Positions 17,950-27,630 of a DNA stretch of 64,000 bases are shown piece by piece (the first letter of the stretch is position 1; the number at the start of each line of letters is the position of its first letter). Source of the stretch: Candidatus Heimdallarchaeota archaeon. Its GTDB lineage: Archaea > Asgardarchaeota > Heimdallarchaeia > Hodarchaeales > Hodarchaeaceae. The stretch lies in the NCBI GenBank assembly GCA_011364965.1, contig RDOB01000005.1, positions 1-64,000 of the forward strand. The letters run 5' to 3'. The notes under the pieces are model-generated. The model was not told where the DNA came from. It made no database searches and worked only from the letters and a program-made list of their open reading frames with translations. A program made the position numbers and the translations under genes.

Positions 17950-19161
17950 ATGAAAGCTCTGGTCTTAGCAGGAGGAAGTGGGAAGGAGATGTATCCATTA
18001 TCAGAATATTCTCCAAAAACCATGTTAAAAATCCATGGGAAGCCAATCCTTGAATATGTGCTCTGCGGATTACTTGAAACTGGAATTGAAGAGTTTGTGA
18101 TTGTAATTGGGTATCTTGGAGAGAAAATCGGTGAAATGGTTGAACCTTTTCGTCAAAAAGGGATTAATATACAAGTAATAAATCAAAAGGACCAGAAGGG
18201 AATTGAAGGAGCAATCTTAGCTGCACGAAGTGCGTTTTCGGAAAAAGACTCATTTTTACTGGCGTATGGAGATATATTGGCTCCTCCACTGTTTTACCAT
18301 CACTTAATGAATTCCTATGTGAATACTGCTGCTGATGGAGCAGTTGCTGTTACACTAGTTGGCAAATCTGCAGAATTTGGGATAGCTAGTATTGATGAAC
18401 GAGGTTTCATTCAAGAAATTCTTCCTACGGTTCCTGATAACGGTTCTGAAGCAAGTTACATATTTGCTGGAGCATCTATTTTACCAGGTGAGTTTTTTGA
18501 ATATTTAGCAGAAGAGCAAGCATTCACAGCGACATTAGTTCGTCTTGTCAAAGAACAAAGGCGATTATGTGCTTCGGTATGGCAAAAAGAATGGTTAGAT
18601 GTCGGTTATCCCTGGGATTTATTAGCTGCTAACCAAGATGCATTTTCTAATTTAGAACACGCTCGAATCCATAATACAGCTAAAATTTCCCCTTCTGCAT
18701 ATATTTCTGGTTTGGCTTTAATAGAAGAAAATGTTATCGTTGATCATAATGCAGTTATCGTAGGACCATGTTTTATAGGGAAAAATTCCTATATAGGCAC
18801 GAATACTTTGATTCGGGACTTCACTTGTATTGAGGAAAATTGTGTGATCGGGTATTCTGTCGAAATTAAGAATTCAGTCATTCAATCAGATGTAAAAATC
18901 GGCAGATTATCCTATATTGGAGATAGTGTTGTTGGTCAAAATGTACGACTCGGATCGGGGGTTACTACGATGAATGTTTTAACCGATGTAAATCAAAAAC
19001 CGATAACTAAAGAAATTAAGGGACGTTCATATCAGAAACTTGGATCAGTCATTGGTCCAAACTCAACCATCGGTTCTAATGCTGTAATTCTCCCCGAGGT
19101 CATAATAGGAGCTGATAAGCATATACCCTCTGGATCCGTTGTAGAAGAGAATATAATTTAA
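17950..19161 (+). CDS. Sugar-phosphate nucleotidyltransferase with left-handed beta-helix (archaeal GlmU/GCD1-like)
   Basis: MKALVLAGG..PK.ML.I.GKPIL, YGD, W.DVG.PWDLL, hexapeptide repeats, HLSY-like RLSYIGDS. Confidence 0.85.
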   Translation: MKALVLAGGSGKEMYPLSEYSPKTMLKIHGKPILEYVLCGLLETGIEEFVIVIGYLGEKIGEMVEPFRQKGINIQVINQKDQKGIEGAILAARSAFSEKDSFLLAYGDILAPPLFYHHLMNSYVNTAADGAVAVTLVGKSAEFGIASIDERGFIQEILPTVPDNGSEASYIFAGASILPGEFFEYLAEEQAFTATLVRLVKEQRRLCASVWQKEWLDVGYPWDLLAANQDAFSNLEHARIHNTAKISPSAYISGLALIEENVIVDHNAVIVGPCFIGKNSYIGTNTLIRDFTCIEENCVIGYSVEIKNSVIQSDVKIGRLSYIGDSVVGQNVRLGSGVTTMNVLTDVNQKPITKEIKGRSYQKLGSVIGPNSTIGSNAVILPEVIIGADKHIPSGSVVEENII

Positions 19162-19220
19162 TCTTAAAAAAATAATTGGGCGTATGAATCAAAAAAAATA
19201 AGTGAGAGAAGATATTCAGA

Positions 19221-19919
19221 TTAAACGTTTAACTTCTCACTTGGGACATAAGAGAGGATTTTTCTGACTTCTTTTTCCTTCATATTAACTCTGAAAACAT
19301 TGGGTATCCGATGAATATGGGGATCTGTCTCTGGTTTGATGAATAGATCTCCACTTAAGAAGAGCATTTTCTCGAAAATATCGGGAGTGGTTTTTTCAAT
19401 GTGAGCGTGTTGGGCGTTTCCAAACCGTCGTTCATCGCCTAAAATTCCTCGATGATGATAGATCTCGGTGGGGGAGATCATCCAATAATCAATTCGGCTA
19501 TAGATATATATAACGATTAAATGAAGAAAAATTAGCAGACTAAAGAAGAAATAGAATTCCATTGATGCACTAATTGAAGGTAAGGTGAATCCAAAATCTA
19601 GTTCAGGGATCTGAGTTCTAAGTAAGGTCCAAATTAGCACAATTATAATTACTCCTGCAGCAATTAAGGCGGTTTTTCCTACACCAAAGTCAAAAGCCAC
19701 TATTATAAAATTGAAGGCGAATACTGCGAAAAAGAATGTCCCAAGGGCATTTGAGAATTCGGGTGTCATTGTATTACCCATTAAGACTTGGATTAAAAAC
19801 ACAATAAAGGCTACAATCATACTAGGGTAAAAGAATATTGTTTCTGGATAGCCTCTAATAATTATGTAATCTTTTTCAGATTTATTTTGAGAAGGTTGAA
19901 TTTTGGTAGTCTCAGACAT
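19221..19919 (-). CDS. Multi-TM membrane protein with soluble C-terminal (bacterial PH-like) domain
   Basis: Four TM segments then YW.I...EI.HHRGILG...GDL.I; ATG at 19919 follows a GGAGG SD-like site. Confidence 0.55.
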   Translation of the reverse strand: MSETTKIQPSQNKSEKDYIIIRGYPETIFFYPSMIVAFIVFLIQVLMGNTMTPEFSNALGTFFFAVFAFNFIIVAFDFGVGKTALIAAGVIIIVLIWTLLRTQIPELDFGFTLPSISASMEFYFFFSLLIFLHLIVIYIYSRIDYWMISPTEIYHHRGILGDERRFGNAQHAHIEKTTPDIFEKMLFLSGDLFIKPETDPHIHRIPNVFRVNMKEKEVRKILSYVPSEKLNV

Positions 19920-20119
19920 ATATGAGTCCTCCATTACAGAATTATAGACTAACAAACAATATGCTCAAAACATATATTTGTATGTTTGGAAACTAAAATC
20001 AAGATTGAGGTTTAACAAGCGTGTTCTAGAAAAGCATTGTATGATTATGTAGTTGCTTGAATTTAATTGCAGCAAGAAATTTCAAAATTTATTATTAAAT
20101 AAGTGTTATAGATCAGGTG

Positions 20120-21148
20120 CTACAAAACATCTGTTATTCCATCTTTATTGATTTGAAATACTACTTCACTTTCAGGTAATAATGAGCTATCGACAATTCG
20201 GGCGATTCTTCTCTCTCCTTTTGATTTTCGTAGGTAAATTCGGGTATGAGAGGTGTGAGCTAGAATATGTCCTCCCACAGGCATTGTTGGGTCTCCGAAA
20301 AAAGCATCAGGCTGTGAATGAACCTGATTAGTAATAATGATTGCAACTCCCGTAATTTCTGCGAGACGTAGTAACGAATGTAGGTGTTGGTTAAGTTTCT
20401 GTTGTCGATCAGCTAGAGTTCCTCTACCAATATATTCTGCTCGAAAATGCGCAATGAGTGAATCAACAATAACAAGTTTGATCGTATTAAAACAGGGATT
20501 TTGGAGAATATTCTCAGCCAAAACCATTTGATGATCACTTGTATATGCTCTTCCATGAAAAATATGTTTTAGAACAGATTTTACATCTATAATTTCATTA
20601 TATCTTTTGACCATGTCTACAATCCGTTCGGGTCGAAATGTTCCCTCTGTGTCGATGTATACGCAGGAGATAGGATCTGAGTCCTCTGAATTAAATCCGC
20701 CATAAGCGATTGGTAGTTGTGAAGTAACACACAATTGATGTGCGATTTGTGTTTTTCCTGTTCGAAACTCTCCATATATTTCAGTAATACTGCCACTTTC
20801 AATACCACCACCTAATAAATCATCCAAAGCGTTTGAACCAGAGGTAATCCTTAACATCCTTCGTCTAACTTCAAGGATCTGATCAGCAGTGACAAACCCA
20901 TATCCAAGTTTTTCTCTCGCTGCACTAATGATTTTATCCGCAGTTTTCTCGCCCAAATTACCCAACGAGGCAAGCTCATTAATCGGAATGGTGGCTATTG
21001 AGCTTATGGTTCGTAATCCGACTTCGTAGAACATTTTTGCGATAGTGGGTCCTACTCCAGGTAGATTTATAATATCTGTCTCTCTAAGAATTGAATTATT
21101 TTCTATAGAAGATTGTTCAACCTCATTTTCTAAGCTTAAATGTTTCAC
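20120..21148 (-). CDS. radA: DNA repair and recombination protein RadA
   Basis: HhH LPGVGP; LLGGGIESGSITEIYGEFRTGKTQ; YIDTEGTFRPER; LVIVDS; HFRAEYIGRGTLADRQQKL; ITNQV; GGHILAH. Confidence 0.96.
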   Translation of the reverse strand: MKHLSLENEVEQSSIENNSILRETDIINLPGVGPTIAKMFYEVGLRTISSIATIPINELASLGNLGEKTADKIISAAREKLGYGFVTADQILEVRRRMLRITSGSNALDDLLGGGIESGSITEIYGEFRTGKTQIAHQLCVTSQLPIAYGGFNSEDSDPISCVYIDTEGTFRPERIVDMVKRYNEIIDVKSVLKHIFHGRAYTSDHQMVLAENILQNPCFNTIKLVIVDSLIAHFRAEYIGRGTLADRQQKLNQHLHSLLRLAEITGVAIIITNQVHSQPDAFFGDPTMPVGGHILAHTSHTRIYLRKSKGERRIARIVDSSLLPESEVVFQINKDGITDVL

Positions 21149-21955
21149 CCTCTTTTCTCTTTATCATTATGATTAAATTAATATTGCTGGCATCTTATAA
21201 ACTAATTATTGACTCAGTCCACTCTCTAAGAATAAATACGGAATAAATCCTAACTAAGGTATTTTTTGGAAGAATTAGAGAAGTAAAAAGTAAAATGGTC
21301 ATGCTACTATAGACCTAATCGATGGAACCATTAATTTTGATGCGTGAAGTGCCACGAGGTATCAACTTTTAGATCTATTATTTGGTCGGCATAAAAAACC
21401 AAAATCAGGATACTTGGAGTGAAATCAATTGTATAGAAATTTAAAAATGACCAATAATTATTTTGAAAAAGCAAACGAAGGCATTTATCCCTCTAAAACC
21501 CGAATTTATCATTTTTGATCATGTCCGTCAGATTGACAATAAAGATCCTTTATGTTTTTTCATTATTATAAAGGGATTTAATTATTTCATTGATCTGAAT
21601 TGGGAGAAATTATGCACTTTTTATCAAAAATTTTTTAGAATTTCATTGATTTTTTCTTTTCGAAAACAATCAAGACTTCTCTTCTCATTTATGTAAATTT
21701 CTGAATATCCCCTGCAGTATTAGGACTCCTCTGTTTAACATAACTTTTACTAAAGACTTAGTTAGTATAAAAAATCCTCTTCAGAATAGATTAGTTGCAG
21801 TTTTTAAAATGCCTGACTCGTTGGAAAAAAGTGATTTTATTCCTCCACGCTCATCTTACAAAGAAAATTTGGATCTAAATCACTTGGTTTTTATTTTATC
21901 ATGATCAAATTGAATATACAAAGATATAGAATAGAAAAATGATTATATAGAATAT

Positions 21956-23194
21956 TTGGTGTCCAATAGAATGACAGAATCACACTTTGATTTAGTTAAT
22001 TATCTTAATCAAAAGAATCGGATAATTAAGGATGATAAAAAATTCGAACCAAGTTTCATTCCGAGCCAACTTGTTCATCGCGAGGCAGAACTAGCTCAGA
22101 TGGCTATTCATTTCAAATCAATACTCTCTAGTGATCTTCATCAAGCGGGTAAACAACTAGTTATTCAGGGGAGCGTTGGAACTGGGAAGACCGTATCTGT
22201 GAAGCAATTTGGCGTAACACTTGAGAAAATCTCGAACGAACAGAAACGGGGAATTTTTCCTATCTTATTTGTTCATTTGAATTGTAGACGATGTAGATCT
22301 TGGTATTTAATATTAACACGGTTATTAAGGCAATTAGTTCCTGCTTTTCCTCTTAGAGGTTTTAGTACAGATGAATTACTTTCTTTTTTGGGAAAAATCC
22401 TTACAGAGAAAAAAATAAAACTTCTCCTATGTTTAGATGAATTTGATTATCTAATAACCACCTCTCAGGATCGTGATGTTTTATATTCTTTGCTTAGACA
22501 TCATGAAGGGACATATTTTGATCAAGCTCAAATTTCTCTATTTTTAATTACAAGAAATCCTCATATTGAAACAGATTTAGATGAAGGAATAATTTCTTCG
22601 TTATCTCAAGGAATTTTACGATTTGAACCTTATAATTTAGATCAAATGTCCGATATATTATCTACTAGAGCAAATGAAGGGCTTTATGAGGAATCATTTA
22701 GTTCCGAGATAATAAAGCAAATTGCCATTCTTGCAGTGCAGCGGAAAGATGCGCGGTATGCAATTGAATTATTATGGCGATCAGCTAAGATTGCAGAATG
22801 TGAAAAAAGCCCTTTTATAACTTTTGAGCATATCAGAAAAGCTGAAGTCAGTGTTTTTCCTGTTCCTCAATCATTTATCACTGAATTACCTACTCAGCAT
22901 AAAATTATTCTTTTAGCTTTAGCAAAGCTCCTCAATAATGGACCAACTAGTCATAAGGTGACAACTTTTGAGCTACGGATGGAATATGAACAATTATGTG
23001 ATTCAAAAGGTGTTATCCCTCGTAAATCAACCCAATTCTGGCTTTATTTAAAGGATCTATCCAAGCAGGGAATTATCGAACTCTCAGTACAAAATCGACA
23101 TAAAGATGGGAAATCAGCAGGTAGAATTACTACACTTTCAATTATAGATATACCAGTAGAGAAAATTATTGAATTACTAGAAGGACTTGATTAG
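21956..23194 (+). CDS. cdc6: ORC1-type DNA replication initiator Cdc6/Orc1
   Basis: F.PSFIP..L.HRE; Walker A GSVGTGKT; Walker B CLDEFD; F.PY..DQM.DIL..RA; DARYAIELL; C-terminal winged helix. Confidence 0.92.
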   Translation: MVSNRMTESHFDLVNYLNQKNRIIKDDKKFEPSFIPSQLVHREAELAQMAIHFKSILSSDLHQAGKQLVIQGSVGTGKTVSVKQFGVTLEKISNEQKRGIFPILFVHLNCRRCRSWYLILTRLLRQLVPAFPLRGFSTDELLSFLGKILTEKKIKLLLCLDEFDYLITTSQDRDVLYSLLRHHEGTYFDQAQISLFLITRNPHIETDLDEGIISSLSQGILRFEPYNLDQMSDILSTRANEGLYEESFSSEIIKQIAILAVQRKDARYAIELLWRSAKIAECEKSPFITFEHIRKAEVSVFPVPQSFITELPTQHKIILLALAKLLNNGPTSHKVTTFELRMEYEQLCDSKGVIPRKSTQFWLYLKDLSKQGIIELSVQNRHKDGKSAGRITTLSIIDIPVEKIIELLEGLD

Positions 23195-24453
23195 GAATCT
23201 GGTAGGTTAATAGACCTCTTTTCAATAGAAATCTTTTCTCCATCAATATTAAACTTTACTCTCTCTGCCACGATTAAAATGAATAAAATCATGGGAAAGA
23301 ATTGTGCGGAAATTCCTGATAAGACTAAAAGTGCCAATAAGCTAGATACCACCAATCGTTCATATTGATCTTTTATTAGGAAACAAATGACCAGTATGAT
23401 TGCAAATCCTGCTAAAGTGAAAATCCAAACAACTGTTTCCAATTGCAAAAACAGAACCAATTCTGATACAAGAGAACCGCCAAACGAACCGTCTAATAAT
23501 CGTTCCTCTGTGTTGTAAAAGAAAACAGTTGATTTTAAGGTTTCAAAGATGCCAAATGGAAGAAAAACTACAAGCGTTAAAATTACTGGTATTAATCCAT
23601 TAATGAAGCTCGTTTTAAAGTTTTTTAAGCGAAGGTCCTCAACGATATATGCTACAATAAATATTCCTGCGAAGTATTTCGCAAGCATACTTAAGGACCA
23701 AAACGCAATAGTCATTTCCCTTTGCCCTCTTTTGTGAAAGAACCATCCTGCGAAGAAAAGCATTTGAGCTAAACAAATATTATTCCATATTAGGATTATA
23801 AAAAAGAATAAGCTTAAAGAAATCGCAAATTTTATGTCAGAGTCCAAAATTTTCCAGATAAGGTAAATTGATATAAGCATAAAGGCAAAATTGGATAAAA
23901 AAATTCCCATAGCGTTAAATCCAGGGAGATAATCAGGTATGTTGGGTCCAGCAATTAGTGTGGAGATGAGATTCATAATCCCTAGGAAAAGTGAATATAC
24001 TATGAGATCTACAGGTAAATAAGGATAGGTGGTATAGCGAAAAGTCCCTGGGGGAATCGGTTGTGCATGACGAACACCCTCCACAATATATGGATTTTGA
24101 CCATTCCATAGAAGTTGGGCAGCATCGATAACTCCAAGAGTAATATCTCCCGCAAACGCAATGTCTCGGAAAATAAAGAGAATGATTAATGACAAAATTA
24201 CTCCATAATATAGAATCAGACGATTCAACTGAATAATACGTTTTCTTAAGGTAAACCATACTCCTAGGAGCGCTGCACCATTATAAGTTATAACCCCCAC
24301 CCAATATGTATGATCAAAGAGAGTAAAATCATTTTTAATAAACGCCACTAAAACAATGATAAAAAATGGAGCAGAAATAGATACCCCAACGGCGATTTCT
24401 GTCTTATAACCTCTTGTTTTCTCTAAAAAGGATTTAATTCTAGTTTTAGACAA
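23191..24453 (-). CDS. Polytopic membrane glycosyltransferase, GT-C fold (GT87-like)
   Basis: ~11 TMs; D...AA..L..G.NPY and YPYLP motifs; LS.LAKY. Confidence 0.65.
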   Translation of the reverse strand: MSKTRIKSFLEKTRGYKTEIAVGVSISAPFFIIVLVAFIKNDFTLFDHTYWVGVITYNGAALLGVWFTLRKRIIQLNRLILYYGVILSLIILFIFRDIAFAGDITLGVIDAAQLLWNGQNPYIVEGVRHAQPIPPGTFRYTTYPYLPVDLIVYSLFLGIMNLISTLIAGPNIPDYLPGFNAMGIFLSNFAFMLISIYLIWKILDSDIKFAISLSLFFFIILIWNNICLAQMLFFAGWFFHKRGQREMTIAFWSLSMLAKYFAGIFIVAYIVEDLRLKNFKTSFINGLIPVILTLVVFLPFGIFETLKSTVFFYNTEERLLDGSFGGSLVSELVLFLQLETVVWIFTLAGFAIILVICFLIKDQYERLVVSSLLALLVLSGISAQFFPMILFILIVAERVKFNIDGEKISIEKRSINLPDS

Positions 24454-24580
24454 AAAATTCCATTCCTTGTTTATTAAAGCTGTGGTATCTTCAGGAAAAA
24501 ATCAGATTTAGCCGATGAAATAAGTTTGTCTATAAATCTGTATCTTCAGTTCAATTAAAAAAAAGGATTAAAGCTAATTA

Positions 24581-24605
24581 GAAAAAAGAAAGAAAAAAAA
24601 AAGGG
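24581..24605 (-). terminator. Oligo(U)-type archaeal terminator downstream of the surface-protein gene
   Basis: Long A-rich run on + strand (T tracts on -) immediately after the stop at 24617. Confidence 0.45.
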
Positions 24606-24616
24606 AAGTGAAGAAG

Positions 24617-27109
24617 CTAGCTTCTTCGTTTCTTAATAACTACAGGAATAGCAAGAAGTCCAGTGAAGACAAAAAGTAGCTCAAATCCTGAAGTAAGTTC
24701 GGGATTTGTTGTAGTGGTGGTTGTGGTTGTAGGTTCAGTAGTTGTCGTGGTTTCCTCTATGTAACTCGTAGATTGATAATTTAACGTTAGGTCAAATGTG
24801 ATCCCAATTGTTTCAAATGCGCCGTTAATATCCCAGAGGTACTCATTACTAGTACTGACAATGACCGAAATCTCGTTGTAGGTTTCATTCCCTGTATCAT
24901 TATCTGCTTGATCTACATCAATATCCGTATATTCATCCACACCGAAGTGAGTGTCATTTTGGATTTTGCTAAGATCAAAGGCATAAGTGTTGATTGCTAC
25001 ATAATCACCTTCGTCCGGAAACTCATTTGTCGATTCAATGAAAGCAATGAACTCTGGACTGGTAATCACGCTTGAAACCTGGTCAACATAAGATTCAAGT
25101 AAAGTATATAGTCCACCAATCGCATCCCAATCAGGAGTTCTTATTGGCATAGGAATGAATTCACCGTAATTTGGAATAGCGATCCCAAATAGATTAGGAG
25201 TTACTTGGTAAACATCTTGAGTCCCTATACCTGCCATGTAATCCTCTTCACCACCGTTATTACCAAATAATCCCATTAGAGGATTTTGTTTGGATAAATA
25301 GCTAGTGAAGTCTAAACCAGCAAATTCAGAGATCTCGAAAACGGCAATGTAGTCAACACCATCAATGAATACATCTATGGGGCTTTGGATCCAAAGCTCT
25401 GTGTAAGTCCAGTCGTCGGGAACCCAATCAGTGCCATTCCAATATGTAGCTCCGATTTCCATATAATCAACAGGACCACTATAGACATCGAGACTCCCAT
25501 CAAGGGCATTTTGGAGATTTTCATTGAAAGGTGTATTATCATCCCAGTTAGATTCCCAGTCACCTGCTTCAAAGACATAAGCATGTTGAATTCCAGGAAA
25601 CATCGAATCGAATTGCATCGATTTAGTGTCATTGCAGTGGAGGGGTTCAAATACTTCATGATATCCGTATTCATCCCAATATTCCCAGTAATAGCCATCA
25701 TATGTCTCATAGAAGACGGTTGTATTCTCATAGCGATAAGCATCGAATAAATTGATCGCGAAATCACGGTACCCATACTGACTCATGCTATCACCGAGTG
25801 GGAAGTAGTAATCTTGAACAGGAGGTAATAGTCCAGGATCAGTTGGGGGAGGACCCGCACCAAAGAGGAATCCTAATCGATCTTTTATAAACCATTCAAG
25901 ATTGAGCATATATCCATCAACGTGATAGTATAATCCATCCATTGAGTCAACTGTATAGTTTAAGAGTGCGTATCCGTTTAATTCTTCAATCGAACTGACA
26001 ATGTAAGTCAATAAGTCGTTGATCATTGTTTCTTCGGTTTCATTTTCGATATCGACAGAGATGTCTAAGTCTATATATAATTCATATTTACCTGCATCAT
26101 TTAATGATAAAGGAATTGGGGTTTGTTCTTCTGATTGGTATTCTAATTTTATTGAGATCTCTTCTTCTGGTTCAAGAAGTGAGTTATTATTCATATCACT
26201 GAAAAATTCTATGTAAGCTGAGTCCAATGTACCATCAGCACCCCACTCGAACATCATAGACTGGTTATGAGGATCATCAGGGAAGCTCCATTGCCAACTG
26301 AGTTCAAGAGAGAAGGTGGAACCATCATAATAAGTATTGTTCATAAAGGATAAGTACATTGCATTTTCATCATCTTCACCGAAAAGCATTTTAGTAACAT
26401 TTGTTTCATATGCCCAGAATTGATAGGCATCAGAAATACTCTCTAAGAAAAATATTCCAGGGGTAAAGAATGGTAAGCCATAATAGCCCATGTCTTTCAA
26501 TAAATCATACCATTCGAAGTAGTCAGAGAAATTAGTCGTTGATCTGATGACAGGGAATGGGGGGGTAGCTGAACCAGCTGGAAGCGTTATATTGTCAGGT
26601 AGAAGTTCCACAGGAAATGCTGGCCCTTCATCTTGAGACCCAGCACCCGCTAGAGTTGGTTCACCAAGTTGATATTCAACTACGATATCTTCTCCTAGGA
26701 TAAGTAATGGTTGCCAATCAATTAGGCCACCTTGATCATTAATGACCTTGATAAAAAGCTCTGAACCGACAAATGTCCCATTAATACTGAATAATGGTCC
26801 ACCTTCTCCAAGACCGAAAAATCCGGCGTTAAAGAATTGATCCAGAGGGCTAACCATTTCTGTGACCATATAATGATAATTGGTATTGATCCGACCAGCT
26901 GGTAGCGAACCTTGCACAGTTGGACCAGTTTCCCATACATTATTTAGGCGCATATCGAAGAAGATGTTATAAGTCCCTGGCATTGGGCCGTCATCAAACG
27001 GTCCAGATTCAGGCTCAGGGTCTTCCATGTTTGCACCTGGTACAGAAAGACCTCCTAGAAGAATAACTGCTATTGTTATTATTCCAAGTAGGTAGTAGTA
27101 CTTTTTCAT
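24617..27109 (-). CDS. Acidic secreted cell-surface (S-layer-like) glycoprotein with Thr-rich linker and PGF-CTERM-like anchor
   Basis: Signal peptide MKKYYYLLGII...; very acidic; TTTTTEPTTTTTTTT linker; SGFE + TM + KKRRS terminus. Confidence 0.8.
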   Translation of the reverse strand: MKKYYYLLGIITIAVILLGGLSVPGANMEDPEPESGPFDDGPMPGTYNIFFDMRLNNVWETGPTVQGSLPAGRINTNYHYMVTEMVSPLDQFFNAGFFGLGEGGPLFSINGTFVGSELFIKVINDQGGLIDWQPLLILGEDIVVEYQLGEPTLAGAGSQDEGPAFPVELLPDNITLPAGSATPPFPVIRSTTNFSDYFEWYDLLKDMGYYGLPFFTPGIFFLESISDAYQFWAYETNVTKMLFGEDDENAMYLSFMNNTYYDGSTFSLELSWQWSFPDDPHNQSMMFEWGADGTLDSAYIEFFSDMNNNSLLEPEEEISIKLEYQSEEQTPIPLSLNDAGKYELYIDLDISVDIENETEETMINDLLTYIVSSIEELNGYALLNYTVDSMDGLYYHVDGYMLNLEWFIKDRLGFLFGAGPPPTDPGLLPPVQDYYFPLGDSMSQYGYRDFAINLFDAYRYENTTVFYETYDGYYWEYWDEYGYHEVFEPLHCNDTKSMQFDSMFPGIQHAYVFEAGDWESNWDDNTPFNENLQNALDGSLDVYSGPVDYMEIGATYWNGTDWVPDDWTYTELWIQSPIDVFIDGVDYIAVFEISEFAGLDFTSYLSKQNPLMGLFGNNGGEEDYMAGIGTQDVYQVTPNLFGIAIPNYGEFIPMPIRTPDWDAIGGLYTLLESYVDQVSSVITSPEFIAFIESTNEFPDEGDYVAINTYAFDLSKIQNDTHFGVDEYTDIDVDQADNDTGNETYNEISVIVSTSNEYLWDINGAFETIGITFDLTLNYQSTSYIEETTTTTEPTTTTTTTTNPELTSGFELLFVFTGLLAIPVVIKKRRS

Positions 27110-27630
27110 TCTTTTAATTCACCTTTAAAGGTATTTTAAATATAAATTACGAGAAATATCGAATATGGAAGCCATAATCAATATGTTCTCTTTAAGCAAA
27201 AGGGATTGTATGCTTAGGTCATTCTACTCAATGCAGGCTTAAAAACCGAGCTGAATGGAAGGGCCGCAAATTAGACTACGAAATCCGTAAAATTTGTCTA
27301 GATTCACAGTTAAATTGGTTCAAACGTAAAGAAATACTTTGCAAAGATATACTTCTCTTATTGCTACTCTAGTATTTTAATATTCAAAGTATGAATGATT
27401 GGATTTGTAGATAAATTTTAACTAGACTTTTTCCTTATCCAGATTGGATTCATGTCATTTTTCTGGTTAATTCGATTTACATTTTGGCACAATCCACTCA
27501 TGGAAAATCTATAACCTTCAATGGTTTTTTTTCAATAAAGCTGATTGAATTGCCTTTTCTCGTAGAGTAATACTCTTACCTAGGTGTGAGGGGTATAAAT
27601 ATACATAGTTACATCTAAGCAAAAAGTACC

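Noticed and set aside
21463-21696. 77-aa ORF between radA and cdc6
   Set aside because: F/I/K-rich translation typical of AT-rich non-coding DNA, with a TTG start and no motif.
24706-24752. Apparent trinucleotide repeat
   Set aside because: Explained by the poly-Thr linker of the surface protein.
27255-27300. c-di-GMP-I riboswitch resemblance (GGGCCGCAAA)
   Set aside because: Only a short partial match; the upstream GGCAAA/GNRA stem is absent and the orientation is unconvincing.
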